NCBI RefSeq assembly: GCF_001194135.2
Contig: NC_068990.1
Coordinates: 69,503,958 to 69,567,957, forward strand
DNA length: 64,000 bases
DNA from: Octopus bimaculoides
Taxonomy: Eukaryota
Direction of reading: 5' to 3'
Part shown: one piece after another, positions 11,695-23,576 of the stretch
How the letters are laid out: every line of letters starts with the position of its first letter
How positions within the stretch are numbered: position 1 is the first letter of the stretch
Program-made: the position numbers and the translations under genes
The notes under the pieces: generated by a model
Database searches by the model: none
The model's input: only the letters and a program-made list of their open reading frames with translations
Told to the model about the DNA's origin: nothing

Positions 11695-11770
11695 CTGCAA
11701 ACACCCTTGGCTGACAATACAATAGACACATTACAAGACACAGAACTAGTCTGTTAAAATAAATATTCAT
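11695..11770 (-). CDS. Signal-peptide exon (MNIYFNRLVLCLVMCLLYCQPRVFA) of the EGF-FN3-TM gene
   Basis: 25 codons + 1 nt, then donor GCAG|GTAGCT (phase 1, matching the acceptor at 7760 and joining as codon GAA). N-terminal basic residue plus hydrophobic core. Upstream acceptor ttttcttttgtag| before 11795. In-frame TGA upstream of the ATG marks this as the start. Confidence 0.7.
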
Positions 11771-11989
11771 TTTCTTTCTGTGATTTCTTCAACATCTACA
11801 AAAGAAAAGAAAAGAAAAAAAAAGAAAGAATTAAGAAAAAATAACTGAAGATTTTGTTTTGTAATTTTTTTTTCTTTTACTTATTTAAAATAGAAAATTT
11901 AAAAACAAACTTTCCCCATATTCTTCAAGAATTCTTGGAGACATATTTTTGGGTTTCATACATTCTTCAATCATTAGTGACTTCTTAGA

Positions 11990-12215
11990 TACAGAGAGGT
12001 GGACTGGCAGAACCATTAGAGTGTTGGACAAAATATCTTGTGGCATTTGATCTGCCCTTTAACGTTCTGAGTTCAAATCTTGATCTGCTTTATTCTTCAG
12101 GATTGACAAAAGTAAAGAGCCAGTCATATACTGGGTTGATTTCATTGACTTCCACCCCACCTTCACGAATTTGTGGTATTGTATCTCTGTTAGAAACAAT
12201 TACTGACTCCTTAGA
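11990..12215 (+). mobile_element. SINE family B (degenerate)
   Basis: CTGGCAGAACCATTAGAG...ACGTTCTGAGTTCAAATC...TGTTAGAAACAATT. Confidence 0.65.
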
Positions 12216-13655
12216 TGGAAAGATTTACAACGAAGACAAAATAAGACTAGTAGTAAGAAACTCTCAAGCGAGCTGAACAGCAGAAGGTTTTCACAGAAGA
12301 AACCCCACCCAGGAAAGTGTTTAAGCCTTTGACTTCTTATACTCTAAAAGGGGCCAGGTCACATCGAAGTCATGAGCCCTGAGTGCCCTTCTGATGACAC
12401 TTTTTAGCCACTTGGATATCGGAGAATAGTGCATTTGAACCACTAATGACATTCATGCCTTCCTCTGGAGAATTTAAAATGCAAATGAAGGGAACTGTTT
12501 TGTATTTAGTTTGCAAGATTTTTCATGTGAAATTGTGAGTTGAAACACTGTGTTGTATCTTGGTAGGGTCAAAATACCAATAATAAACATATTCACTAGT
12601 TTTATATCATTTTATTATTATTAGTCAACTAGTTAATCATTTGATCACTTAACTGATTAATTGTTCAGTCAAGCAATCAAATAATTGATTAGTTAATTGG
12701 TTAACTATCTATCCATCAGTCTTCCCTGCTTAATATTTCTGGGAGGGTCATAGGGAAAGAGTCTTCAGGAACCTTCTCCATAGAGTCATATTAGAAGCAA
12801 AAGTCATTAGACTTTCCAATTGGACTCTCAAGCATGACCAACTGAAACAATGGATATTATCCAATCCTCTCTCTCTCTCTGTTGTCTACCTCTAGGTCTC
12901 CTGATGGTTGGCTTGGTTTCTTCCAGTGACATTCTAACTACTCTTAATGGTTAACTAGTTGACAAATATAATAATAATAAAGGAAGTGAAATACAACCAG
13001 TGTGTGTGAGTGTGTGTTTCTTATTGACATAATGCAGTGAATTACATTTTCTGTAATTTTTCAGTTTCAAAATCTTCTTTCAAAAACTTTTTGGGATTTA
13101 TATTCTCAGTATTTTTGAAGAACCATTCACTTCAAATGCTTCATTCACTTCAAAAGAGGTAAATTTGAAAAAAGTCAAAACTGAAGAATTACACAATGGA
13201 TTTTTTTGTTTTTTTGCAGAATCATAATCTACAATGCTTAGAACATTGACATCTGAAGAAATTGTAGTTTTTGGTGGACTAATTAATTTTTGACTGCTTA
13301 ACTGAACTGGATAAATGAGTTCTGGTTGTCAGTTCCACTGTTCTAGTTATCTAGGGGTCAACAGTTCAACTACGAAGATCAGTTAATTTAAGAAGATAAT
13401 AATAGGTCTTGGTACAACAGCTCCGCAAGGTTTTAATTGAAAGCAAATTGAATATGTTGTATAGACATGTTGTATGTGATGTATAAATCTTTTTCTTTTA
13501 TGGCTTTCTCTTGCAACTTGAAGTAGTTAATAGAACAAGCATTACCGAATGCAAAAGATCAGAGTCGCATTATTTTGATTAATACTTCTTTTTATTTTAT
13601 AGAGATAAATAATTACAATTGCAAAATATATATCAAGAGTAATCCCCCAATGTTC

Positions 13656-13850
13656 ACTCTTAAAGATTTGTGGTATTGTATCTCTGTTAGAAACAATTAC
13701 TGACTCCTTAGATGGAAAGATTTACAAGGAAGACAAAATAAGACTAGTAGTAAGAAACTCTCAAGTGAGCTGAACAGCAGAAGGTTTTCAGTGAAGAAAC
13801 CCCACCCAGGAAAGTGTTTAAACCTTTGACTTTTTATACTCTTAAAGATT
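13656..13850 (+). repeat. ~180-bp direct copy of 12168-12348, flanked by a 13-bp direct repeat
   Basis: Near-identical to 12168-12348; ACTCTTAAAGATT at 13656-13668 and 13838-13850. Confidence 0.9.
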
Positions 13851-14049
13851 AAGCCAAGGCAATGTAATGAAAAACATTTTCAAGTTTTTTTCCTAAAGAT
13901 AATGTAAATAATGTAAAGATAACTTGTCATGAAGAGATGACAAGAATTCCTTAACTAATTCAAAGTATTCTAAGGAAAAAGTTTGGATAAATGATTTAAG
14001 GTCATAAAAGCGAATAATGCTGTGTCTATTACATTAGTGTCAGAGACAT

Positions 14050-14426
14050 TTCAACCACAGTGGACTGGTTCTTGTGCGGGTGGCACATGAGATGCACCAT
14101 TTTGAGCGTGGCCGTTGCCAGTACCGCCTGACTGGCTCCTGTAGGATTTTCGAGCGAGATCGTTGCCAGTGCCCCTGGACTGGCTTGTGCGGGTGGCACA
14201 TAAAAGACACCATTTCGAGCGTGGCCGTTTTCGTGCGGGTGACACGTAAAAGCACCCACTACACTCTCTGAGTGGTTGGCGTTAGGAAGGGCATCCAGCT
14301 GTAGAAACTCTGCCAAATCAGACTGGAGCCTGGTGTTGCCATCCGGTTTCACCAGTCCTCAGTCAAATCGTCCAACCCATGCTAGCATGGAAAGCGGACG
14401 TTAAACGATGATGATGATGATGATGA
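14050..14426 (+). mobile_element. RTE LINE 3' UTR with internal repeats and (GAT)n tail
   Basis: Three GTGCGGGTGGCAC(A/G)T..AA(G)CACC units, then the common tail ...GGACGTTAAACGATGATGATGATG. Confidence 0.8.
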
Positions 14427-15496
14427 GACAGGCAAGGTTGTGAGTGACATAACTTCATGGGGACAGCGTAAACGTCACTAAAAAACATGGAAAAATTGTA
14501 GTTTTTAAAACCTTGATTGGAAATTTCTAGAAGCGTCCAGAAACAATCTTTTGGAATAATTTTCAGTCAAAAACCAAGATGGCTTTGGCTAGTATATTTT
14601 TCAACCAATGAAATGAGTCCTTTCAAATTAAGTTTGCTTTACTTGCAAATCACTGCCAAAAGAACTTTCTTACAAACTAACTCTAGTTTATTTTCATTCA
14701 ATAATACTTTGCTAAAACGCTTTTTACTACAACTGCATTCTTTAAGGAAACCAAGATCTTTTGAAATGTCCTGTTAAATAAATTATCAGTGAAATTAGTG
14801 GTGATGAGGCCAATATGTCATAATGAATTACCAAACAAACTTGGGTTTCACAATCAGAGCAGCATCTTCAATGATGTTTATTAAATAAGAAACCAATGTT
14901 CCAAATGAAGTCCACATTTTGCATCTTTGAGAAATACACTCCTTTGTTATTGGCCAGTCTACCTAACCATAAATAATTTAGGGCTAAGGTTATCTATAAA
15001 GATTTTGTATAGAAATTATAGCCAGCATTGATTTGTTACAATGTTTAATAGCATTAGCACAGTAAAACACAGTATTGACTTATAGAGAGTGTAATATAGT
15101 TTGTAATATATTATGATTGCATAACAAAATACGGTGCCTCTACAAGTCATTAATTCAAGGTTGGTATTGCACACTAAACAACATAGGTGACCTCCTGAGA
15201 TACCGAAACCTGAAGGACCACAAATCACTTTCAAAAAATTTCTTCATTCAATTAAAAACATAGTCTTAATAAGAAATAAACAAGGCTAGGTCACTTCCAG
15301 AACTAAGAAGGATGTAGGATGTTGATTCATTCATTTTGCAGACTCATTGTCTATGAACCTTAAAATATACACATTCAAAGAAATTACTGCTTTCTTGTGC
15401 ACTAGGAAATTTCTGGTTCTGTTCTACTGGAACACAAATATTGCCTCTCCGCACCAATTCTTGTACCTCTAAGCTTATTTCACAAGTCTGTACAAG

Positions 15497-15880
15497 CATG
15501 GCTGTGTGGTAAGAAACTTGCTTCCTAACCACATGGTTCCAGGTTCAGTCCTACTGTGTGGCACCTTTGGCTAGTGCCTTCTACTATAGCCTCAGGCTAA
15601 CCAAAGCCTTGAGTGGATTTTGTAGATAGAAACTGAAAGAAGCCTGTCGTGTGCGTGCATCATTGTGTCTGTGTTTGTCTCCCACCACAGCTTGACAACC
15701 AGTGTTGGTGTGTTTACATCCTCATAACAGTGGTTTGGCATCAAGAGAATGAAAGAATAAGTACCAGGTTTTAAAAAATAAGTCCTGGGGTCGATTTGTT
15801 TAACTAAAACCCTTCAAGGTGATGCCCTGCCACAGCCACAGTCTAATGACTGAAACAAGTAAGACACAAAAGATAAAAGA
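15497..15880 (+). mobile_element. SINE family A, full-length, CpG-decayed
   Basis: GCATGGCTGTGTGGTAAG...GGTTCAGTCCTACTG...TGACTGAAACAAGTAAGA. Confidence 0.85.
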
Positions 15881-15920
15881 TAATATGTGTGAATATTTAT
15901 ACACATACATAACTTTACTA

Positions 15921-16460
15921 AACTATAATCAGGTGTGGCTTTAACAGGTATTACACACCTCCATAGATGTGTAATACACAGAAACTGTAGCCAAGTGCAT
16001 CTTGTCTATATACTAGATATGTAATACTTAGTACATACCCAGTGTAGACACACTTAGCTACAATACATTTGGTGACACTTTCATCCCTTATATAAATAAA
16101 TATACTGAACATCTTCAAATTTATATTAAACATCATTTAATAATATAATCCTTATAAAAATATGAAATAAATTATAATAAACGTAAGAAAACAAAATCAA
16201 CACCTAAGACAATACAAAATTATACCAAAAGGCCAAACTATTACACACCATGTGTGATACTATGTCAATGTAAAGGTATGTAATACACCAACACACCTAG
16301 TGTATACCTGAAGTAAACATTACTGATTACAATTTTAGTATTTTTATACACCTATATAGGTGTGCCATACTCTCAGTATATACCTGGAGGTAGTTTAGTA
16401 TAGTTACATACCTGTGCAGGTGTGTAATACACTAAAACTATAGTTAAGTGGTTCATCTCC
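15921..16460. repeat. Cluster of palindromic ACACCT/AGGTGT hairpin motifs
   Basis: TATTACACA..TGTGTAATA (15949-15976), ACACCTATATAGGTGT (16348-16363, perfect), TTACATACCT-GTGC-AGGTGTGTAA (16404-16427). Confidence 0.7.
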
Positions 16461-17075
16461 GGGTACATAAAACATGTGTTTGTGTACTACAGACCAACAT
16501 AGGTGATGAAATAGCACTTTCAGAAATTACTTTTATTGTCTAAATAAATTATGCATTTGTAACTGGTTCTAATTTATCATAAAATCTTGTCACACTCTTA
16601 CACTAATTAATGATTAATTAAATCATCACCATTCACTGTGGATTGTACATTAACAAGGGTGTACTCTATGTGGTCGCTGGAGATGCTAGAAATAGTAGGC
16701 GAATATCTCAAAATACACTTATGAAAGAAACAAACCATACTGCATTGACTGAAAATAAAAAGGAATTGTTCTTGTGTGTTTATGTGTAACTAAGTGGTAT
16801 GTGTGTGTGTACTCATTTGACATGTGTAAAGCTGTGTGCATGTAAGTACCTATGTGTATAAACAGGTATGCATTTGTACCTAAGCGGTATATCAATGCGA
16901 GTGTGTCTGTATGTATGTATACTTATCTGGACCATGTATAAGCTGTGTGTATGTGTGCATGTACCTAAGTGGAGCTTGTATAACTATGTGTATCTCTATG
17001 TAATATGTGTATAGTTGTGTGTGTGTGTTTGCACTTATGTGCTGTGTGCCTAGCTGCATGTGTACCAAAGTGGAT

Positions 17076-17442
17076 TTGTTGGCACTCCATCGTTTACGAC
17101 GTCAAGGGTTCCAGTTGATCCGATCAACGGAACAGCCTGCTCATGAAATTAACGTGCAAGTGGCTGAGCACTCCACAGACACGTGTACCCTTAACGTAGT
17201 TCTCGGGGATATTCAGCGTGACACAGTGTGACAAGGCTAACCCTTTGAATTACAGGCACAACAGAAACAGGAAGTAAGAGTGAGAGAAAGTTGTGGTGGA
17301 AGAGTACAGCAGGGTTCGCCACCATCCCCTGCCGGAGCCATGTGGAGCTTTAGGTGTTTTCGCTCAATAAACACTCACAATGCCCAGTCTGGGAATCAAA
17401 ACCGCGAGTCTGTTGCCCTAACCACTGGTCCATTGTGCCTCC
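17076..17442 (-). mobile_element. tRNA-derived SINE family C
   Basis: Head GGAGGCACAATGGACCAGTGGTTAGGGCAAC...GGTTTGATTCCCAGACTG; body GAGTGCTCAGCCACTTGCACGTTAATTTCA shared with 18370-18505. Confidence 0.8.
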
Positions 17443-17894
17443 ATGGCAATGATATATACCTTTAGCAAACTTACAGTTACAAACAAAACTAATCTCACTA
17501 TATAAGGAGTGTGTTTAAAATTCAGATTGAAGAAAAACCACAGAAAATCAATCAGCTGTTGGAAACATTGGTTTTGCACTCGAATCAGAACTGGGAATAT
17601 GTTTAGCAAATAAGTAAATATAATACTAGAGTGAGGAAAAAGTTTGTGCACCAAGTTAAGCACTATTTTAACATGGCATTATCTTAAAAATAATGCTGTG
17701 TTAAAATAATGCTTAACACAGCACACAAACATTTTCCTCAACCTAATAATTTTCTCTTTCTCTCTGGCCAGATATTTCCTCTATAGCAAGACACCTGTCT
17801 CCACCTATGTCTCTCTGTCACTAATCTTCATCATCTGACATAAGATCACCTCCTCCAATGTCCCCTCCCCTCCCAAAATTCCTTGTCTTGCAAG

Positions 17895-18192
17895 ATACTT
17901 GTGGACCCTGTCAGTGCTGGTGCCATGTAAAAAAGCATCCAGTCCACACTGTGAAGTGGTTGGTATTTGGAAGAGCATCCAGCTGTAAAAACCATGCCAA
18001 AACTAACCTTGCCTGTGATGGTGCCATGTAAAAATCACTGAGTCCACTCTGTGAGGTGGTTGGTGTTAGGAAGGACATCCAGCCATAAAACACATGCCAA
18101 AACAGACACAGTAGCCCGGGGTAGTCTTCCACCTGGTCAGCTCCTGTCAAATGCCAACATGGATGGAAGACATTAAACAATGATGATGATGA
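17895..18192 (+). mobile_element. RTE-type 3' UTR subfamily with (GAT)n tail
   Basis: Duplicated GGTGCCATGTAAAAA..GTCCACAC..GTGGTTGG..GGAAG..CATCCAGC unit and tail GACATTAAACAATGATGATGATG. Confidence 0.7.
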
Positions 18193-18224
18193 TTTCCATT
18201 AGTGTGCATATATGTAAGGGAGAG

Positions 18225-18510
18225 ACAGTGCATGACTTAGTGGTTAGGGTATTCAGCTAACAATTGTGAGATTGTGAGATCAATTGCTGATGAAGCATTG
18301 TGTTATTGAGCAAGACACTTTATTTCATGCTGATCCAGCCCTTTCATCTAGCATAAATGGGTAGCACCTGTATTTCATTCTGTGTCATGCTGATTCTCCC
18401 TGAGAACTACGTCTGCAGAGTGCTCAGCCACTTGCACATTAATCTCACAAACAGGCTGTTCCATTGATCAGATCAACTGGAACCTTTGTCATCGTAACTG
18501 ACAAAGGTTC
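18225..18510 (+). mobile_element. tRNA/CORE SINE sharing its 3' body with family C
   Basis: TTAGTGGTTAGGG head, TTGAGCAAGACACTTT CORE-like motif, CAGAGTGCTCAGCCACTTGCAC. Confidence 0.6.
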
Positions 18511-19949
18511 CAGTTAAGGAAGAGTCAGAGAAAGGCCAAGCCACAAAAGCACAATGAAAATCTCTGACACATCCAGAAGGAAAGAAAAGTGAATGTAATG
18601 TATTTTGCAGATCCTTGAATGACTAAAATTGTTCTTCTGTGAAGTAACTNNNNNNNNNNNNGGGGGGGGGGGGGCAGAAGATAAACCTATATTTCATTTT
18701 ACTCAATATACCAAATAATATTTATAAAAGTACTATGCCATTTTAAGGTTACTCAGAGCCTTCTAGTTGTGCAAAAGGCTTTGTCTTTCATAGATGCTAT
18801 TCTACATGTATACCATATTATATAGAAGCAAACGAACATTATTTTTCCACATCACAATATCATATCACTGAATTATTAATTAAACACTAACAGGCAAAGT
18901 ATTATGGCAATCATTATTGCAATATTGATTAACACTAACTTCTATTATGACTCTTTTCACATCTAGGATGCTTCATAAGGCTATTAAATCGATCCACTAC
19001 TTGATTGCTACTTTATTTTATCGATCGTGCAAGGATTAAAAGTAGCATTGATCTCAGTAGGATTTGAACTCAGAACATAAAAGGCAACAACTAAAAGAAT
19101 ACCACAGCCATTTAGTTTGACATTCTAATGATTTTGGTAATCAGAAACAAAGTACACCATTTATGTACATTATCATCGTTATTCCATACTGGCATGGGTT
19201 GGTTGCTTTGATAGGATGTGCCAGAGGATGTGTCAAGCTCCACTCTCTACTTTGGCCTGGTTTTTACAGGTGGATGCCCTTCCTAACACCAACCACTTTA
19301 TAGCATGTACCGGGAACTTTTTCCTTAGCAGCAGCACTAGTGAGGTTGCCATGCAGATTGTAATACTATCCACTCTGAGGGGCAGCTTTATGCTAGGCAA
19401 TGAGGAGCAAAAGTATGAGAAAAGGGGCAGGGCAGAACAAGTTTTTGCCATAGAGATGACATATGACTACACACATTGGAGAAGTGAATGTGGTGGGGGA
19501 GAGATTAGGGTAGGGAAAAGATAAAATGGAGGTAATGTGAGATCTGTGTAGATCCTTAACATACAAAGTGAGTAGAAGAATATGAAAGTAGAGGAATTGA
19601 GAGCAAGGTTGGTGAAGTTGCAAGAAGTATGGGAGAGTGAGAGATGGGGAATGGGTGAGAATGTGGATATTATGAATGATGTGTTGAGTCGATGTAATGT
19701 AGAAGGTAGAGAAGTGTAGGTGACAACTGTAAAGACTGGGTAAGGGATGGGTGTGACCTATTATGATATGGCCGAAGAGCAGTAGAATAGTAAAGAAGAC
19801 ACGGTAGACAGGTGAGAAAGAAAGAGAATGAGGTAGAGGAGAGAGCTTAAAGATACTCAAATAAATACTGCAAGGCAATTCGCAACCATTATTGACATAC
19901 GAGTTACCATGAAACATAAATTGCATTCCAGAACTTATGGGATGACCTG

Positions 19950-19961
19950 ATATATATACAC

Positions 19962-19994
<33 letters not shown>

Positions 19995-20930
19995 TATATG
20001 CATGTATATATATACACATACATATATACACACATATATACATATATATATATATATAAATATATATATACGTACATATATATATATATACATATATATA
20101 CGCACATATATATATATACATATATATACGCACATATATATATATATACATATATATACGCACATATATATATATACATATATATACGCACATATATATA
20201 TATATACATATATATACGCATATATATNNNNNNNNNNNNNNNNNNNNNNNNNNNNNNNNNNNNNNNNNNNNNNNNNNNNNNNNNNNNNNNNNNNNNNNNN
20301 NNNNNNNNNNNNNNNNNNNNNNNNNNNNNNNNNNNNNNNNNNNNNNNNNNNNNNNNNNNNNNNNNNNNNNNNNNNNNNNNNNNNNNNNNNNNNNNNNNNN
20401 NNNNNNNNNNNNNNNNNNNNNNNNNNNNNNNNNNNNNNNNNNNNNNNNNNNNNNNNNNNNNNNNNNNNNNNNNNNNNNNNNNNNNNNNNNNNNNNNNNNN
20501 NNNNNNNNNNNNNNNNNNNNNNNNNNNNNNNNNNNNNNNNNNNNNNNNNNNNNNNNNNNNNNNNNNNNNNNNNNNNNNNNNNNNNNNNNNNNNNNNNNNN
20601 NNNNNNNNNNNNNNNNNNNNNNNNNNNNNNNNNNNNNNNNNNNNNNNNNNNNNNNNNNNNNNNNNNNNNNNNNNNNNNNNNNNNNNNNNNNNNNNNNNNN
20701 NNNNNNNNNNNNNNNNNNNCACATACAAGTACATATATACACATAAATACATATATAGATATACATACATATATACATAGATATATATACATACATATAT
20801 ACATAGATATATATACATACACACATATATATATACATATAAATATACTTACTGATATTATATATACACACACAAACATGTATATATGCATAAATACACA
20901 TATGTATGCACATATACATACATATATGAT
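19950..20930. repeat. Long compound (TA)n/(TATACA)n microsatellite containing a gap
   Basis: Directly visible. Confidence 0.95.
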
Positions 20931-20944
20931 TGCTCAATACAAAG

Positions 20945-21910
20945 CTTGACCATCTCAGTATACATGAGATTCAGTTCTGGCACAAGATCTTAAGTGTTTT
21001 TTTTTTAGACCAGACAAACTTTTAAGAACACGTCCACATGAATTGCACACTAGTTTTTGTGCAGCTTGAAATGAATGTAGCGTCTGATTTTGATGAATTT
21101 TGATATGCTTATTCATATCTCCAGAAGATTTGCAAATCCTGTGGCATTGATGTAAACTGATAGATATGTTGTATAATCTGTACAAAGTTCTTATGTGAGA
21201 TTTAAGTCATCTCAGACAGGCAGTCTTTGCAACAAAATTTACAAGTAGAAAAAATTCCACCAAATTCATATTCCCTTTCTTATTTTCTTCTCAATATTTA
21301 CTGGTATTAAGATGATGAACCGGTAGAAATTGTTAGGATGCCAGGCAAAATGCTTAGTGGTATTTCATCTCTCTTTACATTCTGAGTTCAAATTCCACCA
21401 AGTTTGACTTTGCCTTTCATCCTTTTATGGGTCAATAAAATAATTACTGGTTGAGCACTGGGGTCAATGTAATCAGAGATATGTTTGTCAGCCATGCAGA
21501 CAATATGTCCAGACCAGTGTAGTTGATTTTCCAAAATTATTGTCTGGATGGGACAAATACCGGATGCAGCTAGAACATCAGAGTCAAAGGTGAGTGAATT
21601 CCATTTAATTTTCAGAATACAGCATACACATTTTTAGTGGAATCATTTCAGGAGTCAGAAGCGATGCTTGTAACACATTCAAATTTCAGAGTAGTTATAG
21701 TATGGAGAATAACAACAAATTATTTATAAACAGATAGTTTTGTTTCATTGTTGATATTTTTTTGTGACCAAACCCAAATCTCTAAACTACCAAAAGACTT
21801 TGCTGTCTTTTGAACCTTTAGAGGAATTTCTGAATCAAATGTTCTATCTTCATTTACTGCACTCCCGAAGTATGCGAAAGATTCAACAATTTTAAGATTA
21901 CCTTTCACAT
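20945..21910 (-). mobile_element. Degenerate RTE LINE fragments, with a family B SINE inserted at 21310-21475
   Basis: LKIVESFAYFGS...VWSQKNINNETKLSVYK; ILENQLHWSGHIVCM; C-terminal C2H2-like CNSCGRVLKSLSGLKKKHLRSC. Confidence 0.8.
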
Positions 21911-22544
21911 ATATTTTGGGTTGCTACACAACTCAACTAGGTGGAGATTGATGGAAAACTACCATTTTCTTTAAATTTCTAGTCAAATCAAAAATATTAC
22001 ATGCCAAGTTAAATGCAGAAATCAATGATTACAATCCGTGCTTCATACAACTAAAAAGGTCACAGTCATCAGAATATAATAATTCTTTATTAAAAAAATG
22101 GATACATTGCCCATAAATTTCATCCCTGCTAAATTAAAGACACTTCCTCATTCTTGTCTTGGAGAGCATGGCAGCAAAACATACTGCAAAGAGAGTAGGT
22201 GCATCAAGGTCTCCCTGTTTTACACCACTCTACACTGCAAATGGCAAAGACAGCATGCCCCCAAAATTTACTTTGGCTTTCATGCCTTTACAAAGAGCTT
22301 TCACAATATTTACAAACTTTTAAGGGAATCCTAATTTAGACAAACCCAACTACAAGGCATTCCTATTAATAGTACTGAGATCACCAAAACAATATATATA
22401 TATATATATATATACATATATATATACACACACATATATATATGCATACATACACCAATAGATAGAAGATCCCCTTCAGTCTCAAATGATCTAGAAAGTT
22501 CCCCTCTGAGGTACATGTCCAGATAAGACTTTTTGTGAAAGACC

Positions 22545-22770
22545 ATCAGTCACCCATGCATTCCAGCCTCCCCTCTCCACACCACCAATGTTGTCCAAGC
22601 GAAAGACAAATGCCAATAGAGCTGGCACCAGTGACATTGCAACTCATTTCTACAACAGAGTGAACTGGAGCAATATGACCTTAAGTGTCTTGCTCAAGAA
22701 CATAGCACACAACCCAGTCTGGGAATCAAACTCATAGCCTCACTTTTACCACTGAGCTATGTGCATTCAC
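22545..22770 (-). mobile_element. CORE-type SINE (degenerate)
   Basis: Reverse complement has a GCTCAGTGGTAAAAG...GTTTGATTCCCAGAC head and TTGAGCAAGACACTTAAG. Confidence 0.6.
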
Positions 22771-22884
22771 TCATGAATACATATGTATATATACATACAC
22801 ACTGCTACTTTGGCATTTGATCTACAACAAAGTGCAATTACTTTAGGTTACTTTTCAGTTTACTTCCCAATTTCTAAAACCCCT

Positions 22885-23092
22885 TAAGATGTTGGTTAAA
22901 GATTTTTACAATGTGATCAGTAATGAGACGAAGGTAGTTGCATTTTTACGAAGAAATGGCCTTTTAGATGATGAAGAAAATGTTGCACTATGCCATCGAG
23001 GTGCTGGAGAAATGAAGGACGCTCAAAGAAAAGGGAAAAATGGTAAAATTTTGGCAACTTTATGTTGCAAAACTCACAGCTGCCAAACTTGT
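22885..23092 (+). mobile_element. Merlin/IS1595-like transposase N-terminal fragment
   Basis: KDFYNVISNETKVVAFLRRNGLL..CHRGAGEM..KNGK..LCCKTHSCQT resembles the Zn-ribbon start of ISXO2-type transposases. Confidence 0.45.
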
Positions 23093-23576
23093 GTTACCTA
23101 TGCACTTATTTTAATCATTATATTGTTTATTATTGGTTTCATATTATCATTTACTAAAACATAAATGAAACATGGTTTCATTATTTTTTAAATAATAAGT
23201 TTGAAAAAATACATTTACAATGCTAAGTATGTGCAAAAGGGTTTATAAAAATTTTGAATGGCAATTTGATAATAAAAATGAAATACAAATTTGAATAATT
23301 TCAAAGATGAATTAAGCAAATATCTGCTAGAAACGCATGAACATCTTAAAGGTTTTTAGAAATTGAAAATCTGAACAGTAACCTAAACTAATCGCCCTTT
23401 CACGGGCCAAAGTAGCACCACATATACACGAGTTGTACATACATACATACATACATACATACATACATACAAACATACATACATACATACATACAAACAT
23501 ACATACATACATACACATGTAATATATGCATTAAATCAAACGCATTGCTGATTGGTACCGATTATTATTTGCTTAC

